A stretch of DNA of 38,230 nucleotides from Octopus bimaculoides. Taxonomy: Eukaryota. Each line of letters starts with the position of its first letter. Positions within the stretch are counted from its first letter, which is position 1. Both the position numbers and the translations under genes were made by a program. This document shows, in pieces, positions 36,270 to 38,230 of the stretch. The notes beneath the pieces are model-generated. The model was not told the DNA's origin. It ran no database searches and saw nothing but the letters and a program-made list of their open reading frames with translations. The DNA lies in NCBI RefSeq assembly GCF_001194135.2, contig NC_068995.1:23789120-23827349 (forward strand). Direction: 5' to 3'.

Positions 36270-38230
36270 GATGACGAATAGTAATAGTCATGGAATTAAA
36301 TGACAGTAATCAGCAATCAAAAACACATTTAGGCGCCGATTATCTCCTTAGATTTATTACTGTCGTATACTGCAATCTAAAAAATAGTATGAGTGAAAAA
36401 GTTTTACATTGATACCCTTTCTGTCGGCATTTGCGTAACTGTGGTTAAACGACTTGGTCTAGATATTATAACCGGTCATGTGCTGCAGGTTACATATTTG
36501 TCTCGGTAAGACGTCAGTCACGTGGTTCACCAATATTGAGAGTATTCTCACTGATTTATATCTCACTCAGAGATTTGAATTCTAAAATTTTACTGATGTA
36601 ACTACTGTAAATTGGTTATATAAAAAATTTGAAACTGTGCTGTAGCCTCTGATAAATTCAGACGTTGCTTCTATGACATACATTTTAGTACTAAGCATAT
36701 ATATGTTTTTTATTGTACTTTCTTCATTACGCTAGTTTATATTTTCTATTTCCTTCCCCATCCCACCCCTGTTTGTTCCAGATGTGGAGAGATCATTTAT
36801 TCTTCCATTATTTCAAAGTTGTACATTATTAACTGAAATGGTACAATAAAATTCCATTTTATTTCTTCAATGATGAATTGCATTAAGATACTAATTCTAG
36901 ACGAATCGATTTTGCCGAATGTTGTTATCAATCTATGCTTTATATTATGCAACCTTCTCAAACCTTCCTTCCTCAGTAACTATTCTTTAGTTTCCGGCAA
37001 TATCATAGAATTTTATCACTATCCATACAATTTTATTTTTAGTCCATGCTTATATTTACTCACGAAGCAGTAGAAAACTTAAATTTAATAATGACCATAA
37101 AACTAAGATATTTTAGTAAAATTAACTCAGATTTTACTGGCACTGACAGAAGATATATTCACGCGTTACATATTTATTGCTGTGAAATAATCGATACGAC
37201 TGAATCATTATCATTCTTCAACTCAATGCACACCACAGAATTGTGGATTCTTGGCTTGTCTAAAAGAATAATGAATAATTCTATTTATTTTAGAAAATGC
37301 AGTTTCTATATAGATTTGATAGATATTTCAATTTTAAGATTAAATTTTCTATGTGCATCATATTAACTATAACAATATTTAATAGCATTAATAAAACAAC
37401 ATCATTATTTACTTTATGACTACAGCTCTTCTTTTCTTGCTATTTTTCTACTACACAGAAATCCAGGAATGGCAGGCATTTGTATTATTTAATTTTATTA
37501 TTGTTAGTTTTCAAAATGAGGCTTCAATTTCCAAAGTCTGTGTGATTATATTGTTTCAACAATGCAACTACGCATGAGGAGCAGCTTGCCGAGGTTATTG
37601 GTTCGCAATCCGTCCAGAAAGTATAGTCGAGACCTTTAACCCCTCATCGGTTATTTCACAATGACATATGGTATATGAATACAATTAATATTATATACCA
37701 CGGAACAGTACTAATCACCGAGGAGCTCTGTCTAGTCAGTGTTTCGATGAAGTTATGATGAACACTTCCGTGAAATAGCCTAGGTAAACGTGTACGCAAC
37801 TTAAAAAATTATTACCTATGAAGTAGAAAAATATCAGCAAAAAGAAAAGAAAAGATGAAAATAAGTAAAATGACTGATGCCCTGACTAACAATTTTGCAC
37901 GAGATGACATGTCTTACAATTCAAGAAAGTGAATTCATTATTCCGATGTAGAAAAGGTTTATAATGCAAGTATTTTAAAATTCTCATCATTGGAGTTCTT
38001 ACTGTTAGCCATGTTTTTTGGGTTTAGCATGTTATAGTGTGGATGACAGGTCGGTGCTGCCATGGTTAAGGTAGTTTGCCATGAAATCTTAATTTAAAAA
38101 TTGGTTTCGAAGTGAGGAGACCCAAGATACATCATACATATGTGTGTGTATGTGTGTGTGTTTGTGTTCATATATCTACCAATCTATCTAACTATCTATC
38201 TATATGTATATATATATGTATGTATGTATG

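Overview
AT-rich, microsatellite-saturated eukaryotic draft-assembly DNA with about ten N gaps. The repeat families look like those of octopus (coleoid cephalopod) genomes; this is recalled, not database-checked. I can support no intact host gene. The window is a transposon graveyard containing: several tRNA-derived SINE copies; two decayed Penelope-like elements (PLEs), one RT-only and one RT plus GIY-YIG; a full-length decayed mariner with TIRs; a pogo/Tigger fossil; a nested cluster of R4/Dong-like and probable Tx1-like retrotransposons at (AAT)n tracts; and RTE-like and CR1-like 3' ends. The most notable signal is a 370-bp insertion at 13529-13898. It carries a tRNA-like Pol III head, a PLE-type minimal hammerhead ribozyme, inverted ends and a 12-bp target-site duplication. 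Two other palindromes (2935-3368, 5040-5206) also contain hammerhead-core remnants. Together these suggest a family of ribozyme-bearing non-autonomous elements that depend on PLEs (inference).
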